Shown here: positions 50,101 to 64,000 of the stretch, piece by piece
Layout: every line of letters starts with the position of its first letter
Numbering within the stretch: the first letter of the stretch is position 1
Assembly (NCBI GenBank): GCA_963836075.1
Contig: CAWIIB010000009.1
Span: 704,001-768,000, forward strand
Origin: an uncultured Acidobacteriota bacterium
Lineage (GTDB): Bacteria; Acidobacteriota; JAQAZP01
Length of the DNA: 64,000 bases
Reading direction: 5' to 3'
The notes under the pieces: generated by a model
Told to the model about the DNA's origin: nothing
What the model saw: only the letters and a program-made list of their open reading frames with translations
Database searches by the model: none
Translations under genes and position numbers: made by a program

Positions 50101-50969
50101 ATGAACCACGGGAGCCCGCCGCCCCAGGTGTAACGCCCTCCCGCCAACTTCTGAATGAAAAGATGTCCACGTTGCGCGGCCAATCATTCGCACCGTTGCC
50201 TGCGTCGCGCCAGGAGGTGGAAGCAATTGCCGCATTGTTTTATCGCCCGGAAGAGGAGACCCGGCCGACCATCCTGCTCGGTTCCGGGGCAAGCGAACAA
50301 CGGCTCGATGCCCTGGCCCAATCAGACGAGCTGAAAATGTTTCGCTATCTCCACCTGGCCACCCATGGTGTGATGGACGACCGGAGAGCAATGAACTCGG
50401 CGATGATCCTCACCAGTGGCAGCCGGGCCGACTCAGTCGAGCAGGCCGTGGCCGGGCAGGAGATCTTCGACGGCCGTCTGACCGCCGGTCAAATCGTCCG
50501 AACCTGGAAGCTCGATGCCGACCTGGTGACCTTGAGCGGCTGTGGAACGGCGCTGGGCCGGAAGTCGGGCGGGGAAGGTTTCCTTGGTTTCTCACAGGCA
50601 CTGTTCGTTGCAGGTTCGCAAAGCCTGCTGCTCAGCCTGTGGAAGGTGGACGACCGGGCGACCATGCTGCTGATGACCAGGTTCTACGAGAACATTCTGG
50701 GGATACACGATCAGCCGCGCCTCATCCCGGGCGGCTCCGAATATCCTGCCGGGGTGCCGTTGCCCAAGGCCGAAGCCCTGCGCGAGGCAAAGACCTGGCT
50801 CCGCACCCTGACTGTTGATCAACTGCGGACCCTGGAGGCGAACCGTGGCGATCGGCAAACCACCGACGCCGCTTCGGGACCGACCACAACAGGCGAATCC
50901 AGCCATTTTCGCCCATATCAGGATCCGCAGTACTGGGCTTCATTCATCCTGATCGGCAACCCGGATTGA
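47130..50969 (+). CDS. TPR-CHAT (caspase-like) protease
   Basis: About 12 42-aa TPRs (LGxEHxxVAxSLNNLA); HLATHG and LSGCGT dyad; SLWKVDD; YWASF; signal-like N-terminus. Confidence 0.93.
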   Translation: MVTSGRQGSTALSLLAFACLFLPVSLVTPAQGQSGEHVEKTAPAVETEQRPVLPADSAEQVKELTARIEELTKTGTEESLAEALTHAEEILALRLKHQGPAAGWMTATGEPAEWYEVGDARREVEDLELRIGLDLESRARLSEADAAEESLDELRRQGKRDEALELAKAQLATYRELLGEEHLNTADGLANVGKMLSSKGDYSEAEPYYRDSLALNRRLLGDDHPAVATSMNNLAILVKRMGQYDEAETLYREALVTMRRLLGERDLEVASTLNNLAQLLRVTGDYTAAEPLYRESLAIRRERLGNEHLKVAASLTNLAGLLVGKGEYARAEALAREALAIRRSQLGDHHTDVAGSLDTLGLILKRAGDYDAAEPMSREALAIRRALLGNEHPQVALSLFNLAALLEKKGDYDEAEVLLREALAINRQRFGPRHPSVAANLTNLGRIAEARGKYAAAELMLLEALAIQREFYGDEHRHVATSLSALAGVLESKGDYAASESLCREALAMRRKLLGDEHQLVAVSLNNLALLLENKGDHDTAEFIQREALAINRKILGDEHAEVATCLQNLGRILSSQGDFATTEQLYREALSMRRHLLGDQHPVVAANLFVLASFLRLRGDFAAAEPMCRQALAMHRRLQGDDHPEVILTMNGLARLLYDRGDFAAAEEYWAAASDRFETARLRIGYGGLARVQFTKRHSPLRSLAACQARNGKISEAWKALESGLARGLLDMVSAREARPLEPSERTREQALINRMIILDERIGSLSATAAESEEIRSRLDALRNEQEILQAELIQFETKMTAKYGAAAGEVYELPRIQAQMSSDSALLAWVDIKGNPLSVNPGGEHWACLVKKHGAPIWIRLPGSGKNGTWTDADDEAPDQVRQAMSENSREKSMQRKEHLVRRLLAQRLAPLEPHLAGIHHLIVLPAGRMAGIPLEVLTDDYTVSYAPSGTIYAWLKEKKRKPGQRRSAATGPPSLLAVGDPIFSSPDEPREPAAPGVTPSRQLLNEKMSTLRGQSFAPLPASRQEVEAIAALFYRPEEETRPTILLGSGASEQRLDALAQSDELKMFRYLHLATHGVMDDRRAMNSAMILTSGSRADSVEQAVAGQEIFDGRLTAGQIVRTWKLDADLVTLSGCGTALGRKSGGEGFLGFSQALFVAGSQSLLLSLWKVDDRATMLLMTRFYENILGIHDQPRLIPGGSEYPAGVPLPKAEALREAKTWLRTLTVDQLRTLEANRGDRQTTDAASGPTTTGESSHFRPYQDPQYWASFILIGNPD

Positions 50970-50982
50970 ACCTGATAACACC

Positions 50983-54807
<3,825 letters not shown>

Positions 54808-54822
54808 GGGTCAGTTTTCAGT

Positions 54823-55014
54823 TGTCATCGCGAGAAGCCCAGCACATGTCATCGCGAGGAGCCGCAGGCGACGCGGCGATCTCCTCGGATGTCTTTCCGG
54901 TTCAATGAGAATGCTTCGTCGCAGTCTTCGACGGCTCCTGCAATGACAGCGAAAGAACGATTGTTCCTTCCGCTGACTTCCCGCGGCCCCGCGGGTCGAG
55001 GGCTCGCAATGACA
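54823..55014. repeat. Nested palindromic REP/RPE-like element
   Basis: Outer TGTCATCGCGAG..CTCGCAATGACA; inner TGTCATCGCGAGGAGCCG..CGGCTCCTGCAATGACA. Confidence 0.75.
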
Positions 55015-55022
55015 GGTCGTCC

Positions 55023-56984
55023 CTACTTTTTCGCAACGATTGTCTCCTCCTCCGTGCCGCAGCGATACATTTCCGAGCCGAAGTAGGGGTTCTCCACACC
55101 GGTGCGGTTCTGCAGCCAGTCGGCGCCCTTCCAGTCAAAGGCCATGGGACAGTGGAAGCGGATCACCGGCTGCTTGCCGGTGGCGCCGAATGATCGGACC
55201 GCTTCGGTGACCGCATCGGAGAGCGGCTCGAAAGCCTTGCGCCCCGGCTTGATCCCCGCAGTGGAGATGATCCCCGCGTTTTTCTCGATTCTTTGCGAGA
55301 GCTTCATCCAGGCCAGGTGCGCATTGCTGTCCAGCAGGGTCATGTCCACTGTTTTAAGGGCGGCGGAGAGTGCCTTTGCTCCATCGCGGGCCTTGATCAC
55401 GTCATCGAGGCTGTATGCGGTGGATACAGCGAAGTACGCGGTATACATGTCGTCCAACTGCTCTTTGAACTTCGCCGGGACCTTGAACGGGCCGGTAGTC
55501 TTGCCTGCGGATGCCTGCCCCGAGTGGTCGAGGCCACCGCCCGATCCGCCCCCCTCGGGGTTCATCATGCTCGGGCTGGCGAGGATCTGGAGCGCGCTGT
55601 CGATCTTGAAGTTCCCCTCCACCACCACCAGCTCACCCTCGGTGAGCCCCTCGCGCACCACGTACCACTCCCCGGCCCGGGGCCCGAGCACCACTTCACG
55701 CCCCTCGAACACCCCCTCCTTCTCCCGGGAGGCCACATAGACCACGGCCCGCTTGCCGGTGATCAGCGGCGCCGAGGCGGGGATGATCAGCGGCGGCTTG
55801 CGCTTTGCCGGGTCGTCGTCGGTATAGCCGAGGGACCTGGCGGTGACCAGGTCCATGCCGCAGATGTCGCAGGGCTGCTGCTTCGACTTGATGATCTCGG
55901 GGTGCATGGGGCAGATCCACTTGCCGGCCAGGTTGGTGCCGACGATGGAACCGCCGTCGGAGACGCCGGCCTCCACCACCGCCTGGACGAACATCTCCGG
56001 CTTGAGGCGGCCGTCCCGGTTGTCCACGTTGACCCGCACCTTCACCGTGCGGGTTCTGGCGTCGAGGGAGGGGTCGATAAAGGTGATCTTGCCCTTGAAG
56101 CGCTCGCCGGGGTACGCCTCGGTGTGCAGCTCCACCTGCTGGCCGTACTTGATCATCGGCAGGTCCGACTCGTAGGCGTCGAGCTTGACCCAGAGACTGG
56201 AGAGGTCGGCGATGGTGCAGATCTCCTCGCCGGTCTTGACATACATCCCCTCCACCGCAGTCTTGCGGATCACGATGCCGCCCATGTGGGCGTAGAGGGT
56301 CAGGTGGTCGGTGGGGCGGCCGAGGGTCTCGATCTCTTCGATCTGGGCCGGCTTGAGGCCCCAGAGGCGGAGTTTCTCGCGCACCGCGTCCACCGTCTCC
56401 AGGGCGGTCTCGCGGATCGACTCGAGGCCGCTGGCTCTCAGCTCTTCGGCGGCCCTCAGGGCCTGGATCAGCTCCTCCTGGGCCGCGATCAGCTCGGGGC
56501 TGTAGATGTCGGCCAGATGGTCGCCCTTGCTCACCCGCATCCCGGTGAAGTCGACGTAGAGCCGGTCGAGGCGCCCCGGCACCCGGGCGGCGATGTGGCC
56601 CATCCGGGTCTCGTCGTAGTCCACCTTGCCCGAGAGGCGGACCTCGGCGGGGATGAAGCGGCGCTCGGCGGCGACGGTGACGATACCGGCCAGCTTCTGC
56701 GCCGACGAGGAAAGCTTCAGTTCCCGCAGGCCGAGACCGTCGTCGCCACCGCCGGTGACCGGAATGAGGTCCATGGCGCAGATGGGGCAGAGACCGGGCG
56801 CCGGCTGGCGGATCTGCGGGTGCATGGAGCAGGTCCACTCGGTGGCCTCGGCCTCGGCGGCTTCGTGGTCGTGACCGGCGGGAGACGGGACGGAAGAACC
56901 CCCGCAGCCGCGCAGCATGTAGCCACAGGCAAAGGCGGCAACGGCCAGGACGGCCAGGGTGATCCAGGTGCGGTTATTCTTCAT
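55023..56984 (-). CDS. cusB: CusB-like RND periplasmic adaptor with two heavy-metal-binding motifs and a DUF3347-like tail
   Basis: WTCSMHP..CPICAMDL, WICPMHP..CGMDL, LKPEMF, HCPMA..NPYFG..CG. Confidence 0.9.
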   Translation of the reverse strand: MKNNRTWITLAVLAVAAFACGYMLRGCGGSSVPSPAGHDHEAAEAEATEWTCSMHPQIRQPAPGLCPICAMDLIPVTGGGDDGLGLRELKLSSSAQKLAGIVTVAAERRFIPAEVRLSGKVDYDETRMGHIAARVPGRLDRLYVDFTGMRVSKGDHLADIYSPELIAAQEELIQALRAAEELRASGLESIRETALETVDAVREKLRLWGLKPAQIEEIETLGRPTDHLTLYAHMGGIVIRKTAVEGMYVKTGEEICTIADLSSLWVKLDAYESDLPMIKYGQQVELHTEAYPGERFKGKITFIDPSLDARTRTVKVRVNVDNRDGRLKPEMFVQAVVEAGVSDGGSIVGTNLAGKWICPMHPEIIKSKQQPCDICGMDLVTARSLGYTDDDPAKRKPPLIIPASAPLITGKRAVVYVASREKEGVFEGREVVLGPRAGEWYVVREGLTEGELVVVEGNFKIDSALQILASPSMMNPEGGGSGGGLDHSGQASAGKTTGPFKVPAKFKEQLDDMYTAYFAVSTAYSLDDVIKARDGAKALSAALKTVDMTLLDSNAHLAWMKLSQRIEKNAGIISTAGIKPGRKAFEPLSDAVTEAVRSFGATGKQPVIRFHCPMAFDWKGADWLQNRTGVENPYFGSEMYRCGTEEETIVAKK

Positions 56985-57011
56985 CGTCGGCCTCGGTTGG
57001 GGAGCAGGGCA

Positions 57012-57159
57012 GGGACGTACATGAATTTATGACTTTTTCCGGTTCATCTCGACTTGCCGTCCGAACGGCAGATCCCAGAGCAACCGGGCGATTTCGAAAA
57101 GTAATAAAGTTAAATACGTCCCTCCCTTCTGGAAATATTCATAAATTCATGTACGTCCC
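57012..57159. mobile_element. 148-bp MITE-like element with 21-bp perfect terminal inverted repeats
   Basis: GGGACGTACATGAATTTATGA (57012-57032) and TCATAAATTCATGTACGTCCC (57139-57159); a degenerate third end lies inside. Confidence 0.65.
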
Positions 57160-57164
57160 CGAAC

Positions 57165-57569
57165 TCATCCGTGATCGTGGTGATCGTGGTCGCCATGGTC
57201 GTGGTCACCCTCGGGATGGTCGTGGGCTTCACCATGATCGTGCTCCCCGTGATCGTGGTCCTCCTCACAGGCCACCTTCTCAAAAGCAATCCCCTTGGCT
57301 TCCATCTCCTTGATGTAGCCCGCCGGATCCTGATTGAACTTGTCCTTGCAGGGCGGGCAGCAGAAGTAAATCCGCTTGCCTTCGTAGTCGACGTAGACTT
57401 CCTTGTCCACCGGGTTGCCCATGATCGGGCAGTGAGACTGCATCTTCTTCACCACAATCTTGGCCACTTCGGTCTTTTCCTCCTCGTCGGCCACACTCTC
57501 CCCGCCACAGGCCACAAACACCATCGCCACCAGGGCGATCAACCCGAACATCATGATCATGCGTTTCAT
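57165..57569 (-). CDS. YHS-domain lipoprotein with His-rich tail
   Basis: Lipobox FVAC; CPIMG..YFCCPPC..F; HDHGE/D repeats. Confidence 0.85.
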   Translation of the reverse strand: MKRMIMMFGLIALVAMVFVACGGESVADEEEKTEVAKIVVKKMQSHCPIMGNPVDKEVYVDYEGKRIYFCCPPCKDKFNQDPAGYIKEMEAKGIAFEKVACEEDHDHGEHDHGEAHDHPEGDHDHGDHDHHDHG

Positions 57570-57588
57570 TGGTCGTCTCCTTCAATCC

Positions 57589-57966
57589 TCAGTGATGGCG
57601 ATGGTCGTGCGGACCATCCTCACCGGGTGTCAGTTCGTGCTTCTTCTCCAATTCCCGTTCCGGGGCTTTTTCGAAAACCACCCCGGTCTTTTCCATCTTC
57701 CTGATAAAGCCTTTTGGATTCTTTTTGAATTCCTCGATACAGTCCGGGGAGCAGAAATAGATCCGCTTGTCGTTGTAATCGACATACACCTTGTCGCTCA
57801 TCTCCTTGCCGGTCACCGGACAATGGGTCTGTGGCGTCCCCTCATCGGTCGACTTCGCCGATTCCCCCTTTCCAGTTTTTCCCTGCTCGTCATCCGCCCG
57901 AAGATCACCGGCCAGGACCGGCAGCGCCAGCAGAACGATACAGACCCAGATTGATGCAAGCTTCAT
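57589..57966 (-). CDS. Secreted YHS-domain protein
   Basis: Signal peptide; CPVTG..YFCSPDC..F; HDHRHH tail. Confidence 0.85.
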   Translation of the reverse strand: MKLASIWVCIVLLALPVLAGDLRADDEQGKTGKGESAKSTDEGTPQTHCPVTGKEMSDKVYVDYNDKRIYFCSPDCIEEFKKNPKGFIRKMEKTGVVFEKAPERELEKKHELTPGEDGPHDHRHH

Positions 57967-57970
57967 GGAT

Positions 57971-59308
57971 TTACTCCCCATATGAAACCGGAGCAGCTGC
58001 GCTTACCCCCGGTTCACCCCCTCCGCGGGGCAGCTCCCCGCCGACGATCTCCTCGATCTCGGCCAGCTTCACCGCCCGGTCGGCCAGGGCCCGCTCGCGG
58101 GCCAGCCGGAAAGAGAGCAGCGTGCGCTGGGCGTCGATGAGGTCCATGAAATCGACCTTGTCGGTCGAATAGGCTTTCTGGGTCACCTCCAGCGACTGCC
58201 GGGCCTTGGGCAGCAGCGAGTTGCCGTAGAGGTCGATCTTCCGTTCGGCGTCGCGGAACTGGAACAGCGCCTCCTCCAGCCGGGCGGCCATGCGGTTCTC
58301 CTCCTCAGCCCGCTGGAGCAGGGCGGCGCTGCGGCGGGCCTCGGCCTCCCGCTGGGCCGCTCGCGAGTTCCTCGGCCAGAGCGGGATGTTCAGCGAGACC
58401 ATGGCCATGATCGCGTCCTTGCCGCTGTCCGGGGTGGCGGGGTCGAGGGCCGTTCCGGTCTCCACGTAGTCGAGGCTGAAGGTGAAACCGGGGTAGAGAC
58501 CCTTGCGCGCCAGCTCGGCGGCCACCCGCTGCCGCTCGGCATTCTGCTCGATGGCCTTGAGCCGCGGGGCGTCGCCGATTGAGTCGTTGAGCGCCGCCTC
58601 GTCGATCAGCACCGGCTCGGCCTCCAGTGGACCGGGCCAGGGGAGCGCGGCCTGGGGCTCGCGGTTCAGTTCGCTGTTCAGCCGCGCCGCCATGGGCCGC
58701 AGCTGGTCGCGGAGGCTGATCAACTGGTCCTCCAGCTGCCCCAGCTCCACCTGGGCCTTGATGATGTCGGCGTGGTTGGCCGAACCCACCTTGTAGCGCG
58801 CCCGGGCCACCCGCTCGAAGTAGGTCATCAGCTGGACGTTCTCCTCGGTGATCTCCACCGACCGGGCAAGATAGCCATACTCGTGGAACGCCAGCTTGAC
58901 CCGGCGGAAGAGCTCGAGCTTTGCCGCCTCGTAGTAGCGGTATTCGGCATCGGCCGCCCGGGCCGCGGCGTCCTCACGCAGCTGCAGCGTGCCGAACCAG
59001 GGGAACTGCTGGGCCAGGCCGAAGCGCTGGCGCTGGGGCCCCACCCGGGTCTCCACCTCGCGGATGAAGTAGCCGTAGGTGAACCGGGGGTCGGGCAGGG
59101 CGCCGGCCCGGTCAGTCCCTTCCACCGCCGCCTGCCAGCGGAGAAATGCCGCTTCCAGGCCCGGGTTGTTCAGTGCGGCGTAGCGCAGGTAGTCATCCAC
59201 CACCGACGATTCGTCCAGAACCGGAAGCTCCTCGTCCGCAGCCCACCCGGGACCGGCCAGCAGGCACAGGCCAAAAGTTAGCAGCAGGATGTTACGGAGG
59301 ACGTCCAT
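57971..59308 (-). CDS. TolC/CusC family outer-membrane efflux protein
   Basis: ALNNPGL..LPDP..QQFPWFG; ARYKVG; LNIPLW; DLIDAQRTLL. Confidence 0.92.
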   Translation of the reverse strand: MDVLRNILLLTFGLCLLAGPGWAADEELPVLDESSVVDDYLRYAALNNPGLEAAFLRWQAAVEGTDRAGALPDPRFTYGYFIREVETRVGPQRQRFGLAQQFPWFGTLQLREDAAARAADAEYRYYEAAKLELFRRVKLAFHEYGYLARSVEITEENVQLMTYFERVARARYKVGSANHADIIKAQVELGQLEDQLISLRDQLRPMAARLNSELNREPQAALPWPGPLEAEPVLIDEAALNDSIGDAPRLKAIEQNAERQRVAAELARKGLYPGFTFSLDYVETGTALDPATPDSGKDAIMAMVSLNIPLWPRNSRAAQREAEARRSAALLQRAEEENRMAARLEEALFQFRDAERKIDLYGNSLLPKARQSLEVTQKAYSTDKVDFMDLIDAQRTLLSFRLARERALADRAVKLAEIEEIVGGELPRGGGEPGVSAAAPVSYGE

Positions 59309-59618
59309 CTTCAGGATCCATCTTCAGTATCAAAAACCATTACACAATGACGGCACGACCGTTAATTATATACTAATATGGTAGGTTTTTAGCGGAAAAA
59401 TGCAAGATGGACAGAATTAGCCGCCCTCCGGCAACGGCCCGGCCCACAGCCGGATGCCCTTCCGAGCCGCCGGTTTTCATATAGATCACAATCTCTTGAC
59501 CTGTTTCTTCCCGTCTGTTATCGGGAATGTTATATTAAGGTGTTCGCACCGCATGGTTGCGCGGCTTGCGTGTCATTTACAACTCAGATACAGCATCAAT
59601 AACGTGATAGGAGCGCCC

Positions 59619-60275
59619 ATGAACTGGTTCCTTGATTTCTACCGATCCACGGTGGGGAAGAAGGTGGTGATGGCGGTGACCGGTATCGCCCTTGTCCTCT
59701 TTCTCGTGGGGCACATGCTCGGCAACCTCCAGGTCTACCTGGGCGCCGAGGTCTACAACCACTATGCGGAAGCGCTGAAAGCGCTGGGCCCCGGTCTCTG
59801 GGCCATCCGCGCCGGACTGCTGCTGATCCTGATGATCCACCTCTGGAGCTCGTTCCTCCTCTGGCGCACCAGCAGCAACGCCCGCCCGGTGAGCTACAAG
59901 AAGTGGACGCCCGACGCCTCGACCTACGCCTCGCGCACCATGCGCTGGACCGGCCCGATCATCGCGGCCTACGCCCTGTTCCACATCCTGCACCTCACGG
60001 TGGGCGTCCAGCAGCCGTGGTTCGACCCGCACAATGTCTACGGCAACGTGGTGCGCGGGTTCTCGAACCCGCTGCTCAGCGGCATCTACATCGTGTCGAT
60101 GCTGCTGCTGGTCTTCCACCTTTACCACGGCGCCTGGAGCTTCCTCCAGTCGCTGGGGGCCAACCACCCCAGATACAACCAGTGGCGCAAGAACTTCGCC
60201 CTGGTGGTCACTGCCGCCATCGGCCTGGGGTTCATCGCGGTTCCGCTCGGCGTTCTCGCCGGCTGGGTGAAGTGA
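59619..60275 (+). CDS. sdhC: Succinate dehydrogenase cytochrome b558 subunit
   Basis: [19 protein letters not shown]; heme-ligand His residues; HLYHGAWS. Confidence 0.93.
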   Translation: MNWFLDFYRSTVGKKVVMAVTGIALVLFLVGHMLGNLQVYLGAEVYNHYAEALKALGPGLWAIRAGLLLILMIHLWSSFLLWRTSSNARPVSYKKWTPDASTYASRTMRWTGPIIAAYALFHILHLTVGVQQPWFDPHNVYGNVVRGFSNPLLSGIYIVSMLLLVFHLYHGAWSFLQSLGANHPRYNQWRKNFALVVTAAIGLGFIAVPLGVLAGWVK

Positions 60276-60279
60276 GGAG

Positions 60280-62198
<1,919 letters not shown>

Positions 62199-62199
<1 letters not shown>

Positions 62200-62948
62200 T
62201 GAACCTCACACTCTATGTCTGGCGGCAAAAGGACGCGAACGACAAGGGCCGGTTGGTTCAACTCCAGGCCTCCGGCATCAGCGAGCACATGTCTTTTCTG
62301 GAGATGCTCGACGTGGTCAACGAGGACCTGCTGAAGAAGGGCGACGAGCCGATCGCCTTCGACCACGACTGCCGGGAAGGAATCTGCGGCATGTGCGGCA
62401 TGATGGTCAACGGCAAGGCCCACGGCCCCCAGGAGGGCACCTGCCTCTGCCAGCTGCACATGCGCACCTTCAAAGACGGCGACGTGCTCTACCTCGAGCC
62501 GTGGCGGGCCCGGGCCTTCCCGGTGATCCGCGACCTGGTGGTCGACCGCTCGGCCTTCGACCGCATCATCCAGGCCGGCGGCTTCATCAGCGTCAACAGC
62601 GGCAGCGCCCAGGACGCCAACGCCATCCCGATCCCCAAGGAGAACGCCGACCTGGCCATGGACGCCGCCGCCTGCATCGGCTGCGGGGCCTGTGTGGCCC
62701 AGTGCCCCAACGCCTCGGCCGCCCTCTTTGCTTCGGCCAAGATCTCGCAGCTGGCGCTGCTGCCCCAGGGCCAGCCCGAGCGCCATATCCGGGTGCGGAA
62801 GATGATCGCCCAGATGGACAAGGAGGGCTTCGGCAACTGCACCAACCACGGCGAGTGCGAAGCGGTCTGCCCCAAGGAGATCAGCCTGAACAACATCGCC
62901 CGGATGAACCGGGACCAGATCGTGGCGAAGGTGACGGCGGGGGGGTAG
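62199..62948 (+). CDS. sdhB: Succinate dehydrogenase/fumarate reductase Fe-S subunit
   Basis: CREGICGMC; CIGCGAC..CP; [12 protein letters not shown]. Confidence 0.97.
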
Positions 62949-63010
62949 GGGAGAGAGCCGAGTCAGGAGTTCGCCACCTCGTTTGTGTACGCTGCTTTCT
63001 TATCACGAAT

Positions 63011-63102
63011 GCTTAAGAAAGATATCTTTACTAAGCTCGTGGATTATGAAACAATCCATTGCTGGACATGGCTAGCCATGGCAAGCCATGTCCAGCAATG
63101 GA
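63011..63102. promoter_or_regulatory. Imperfect palindrome and perfect 19-bp hairpin upstream of the fic gene
   Basis: GCTTAAGAAAGAT|ATCTTTACTAAGC; TCCATTGCTGGACATGGCT-N10-AGCCATGTCCAGCAATGGA. Confidence 0.6.
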
Positions 63103-63108
63103 GGCACG

Positions 63109-64000
63109 ATGGTTCGCACCACCGGAACATACGAATCGAGCAGCGCTGCCGGCGAAAAGGTCCGGGCCTTTGTCCCTCACAAGTTGCCACCCTCACGTCC
63201 TGTGCTAAAAATCGTCGGTGAGCTCACCGCACGGCTCAAGACTGCCGAGACCTCGCTGAGCAAACTGGAGGCCGCCGGCCGCATGGTCCCCTCGCTCGAC
63301 TGGTTCGTTTACTCATTCGTGCGCAAGGAAGCGGTCATCAGTTCCCAGATCGAGGGAACCCAGGCTTCACTGGCCGACCTGCTGACCGCAGAGGCCGAAG
63401 CTCCCGCCGGCGCGCCGCCCGAGGACATCGAGGAGATCTGCAACTACCTCGACGCCCTCACCTATGCCCGCGACCAGCTCAGGCGGCCGAAAGGGTTGCC
63501 CCTGTCGATGAGGCTGCTCAACGGCGCCCACCGGCGCCTGCTGGCCGGTGCTCGCGGCCGCTACAATAACCCCGGTAAACTCCGCTCGTCACAGAACTGG
63601 ATCGGTGGCACGAGACCGGGCAATGCCCGTTTCGTCCCGCCGCCGCCTCACCTGCTCGCCGGCCTCCTGACCGACCTGGAGCGTTTCCTCCACGAGGAGG
63701 AACGCCTGCCCCCGCTGATCAACGTCGGTCTGGCCCATGTCCAGTTTGAAACCATCCATCCATATCTGGACGGCAATGGTCGTGTCGGTCGGCTGCTGAT
63801 CGCTCTCTGCCTGGAGGACCGGGGGTTGATGACCGAGCCCCTGCTCTACCTGAGCCACTACTTCAAGGCCCACCGGAATGAGTATTACGATCGGTTGGAT
63901 GCGGTGAGGGTGAAGGGGGATTGGGAGGGATGGCTCTCCTATTTCCTCGAGGGCGTTGGCATCGTGGCGGAGGAAGCGGTGGGACTTATCGGGTCACTAT
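63109..64000 (+). CDS. Fic family protein (class II, N-terminal inhibitory helix); runs off the window
   Basis: Hand-translated MVRTTGTY..EAVISSQIEGTQ..QFETIHPYLDGNGRVGR; GGAGG RBS; absent from the ORF track because it has no stop codon in the window. Confidence 0.92.
   Translation, partial: MVRTTGTYESSSAAGEKVRAFVPHKLPPSRPVLKIVGELTARLKTAETSLSKLEAAGRMVPSLDWFVYSFVRKEAVISSQIEGTQASLADLLTAEAEAPAGAPPEDIEEICNYLDALTYARDQLRRPKGLPLSMRLLNGAHRRLLAGARGRYNNPGKLRSSQNWIGGTRPGNARFVPPPPHLLAGLLTDLERFLHEEERLPPLINVGLAHVQFETIHPYLDGNGRVGRLLIALCLEDRGLMTEPLLYLSHYFKAHRNEYYDRLDAVRVKGDWEGWLSYFLEGVGIVAEEAVGLIGSL

Noticed and set aside
57168-57260. 15-bp tandem repeats as a non-coding VNTR
   Set aside because: They encode the His-rich tail of the YHS lipoprotein
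59360-59390. Possible CsoR/CopY operator upstream of the cusC-like gene
   Set aside because: Only weak TAC..GTA symmetry and no regulator nearby

Overview
GC-rich bacterial chromosomal window. Gene content (C25 gingipain, FG-GAP/VCBS proteins, TPR-Ser/Thr kinases, CHAT-TPR, ECF/zf-HC2, b558-type sdhCAB) fits an Acidobacteriota/Planctomycetota-like diderm; this is inference. In order: the tail of an FG-GAP-module protein; two tandem Hanks kinases with near-identical catalytic domains but unrelated ectodomains, preceded by an FHA-GAF-PP2C phosphatase and a STAS protein; an exported HEAT-repeat protein; an orphan hydrogenase-maturation protease; a Tat aldo/keto reductase; an OTR-like octaheme cytochrome; a gingipain; an operon of two cytidylate-kinase-like/BON proteins, a TauE exporter and a two-component pair; an ahr-like dehydrogenase; a Zn/Mn ABC operon with an outer-membrane barrel; an unannotated 49-aa Arg-rich micro-protein; a B12 radical SAM gene; an ECF sigma/anti-sigma pair divergent from two large secreted proteins and a CHAT-TPR protease; a cusCBA-like cluster with YHS proteins and two palindromic elements; sdhCAB; and a truncated fic gene. 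Several genes carry +1 frameshifts that look like long-read errors, four of them next to GTAC. No rRNA, tRNA, CRISPR array or transposase was seen. Best leads: a shared C-terminal module on unrelated secreted proteins, the CMK-BON-USP/TauE operon, the candidate c-di-GMP-binding micro-protein, and the ectodomain-swapped kinases.
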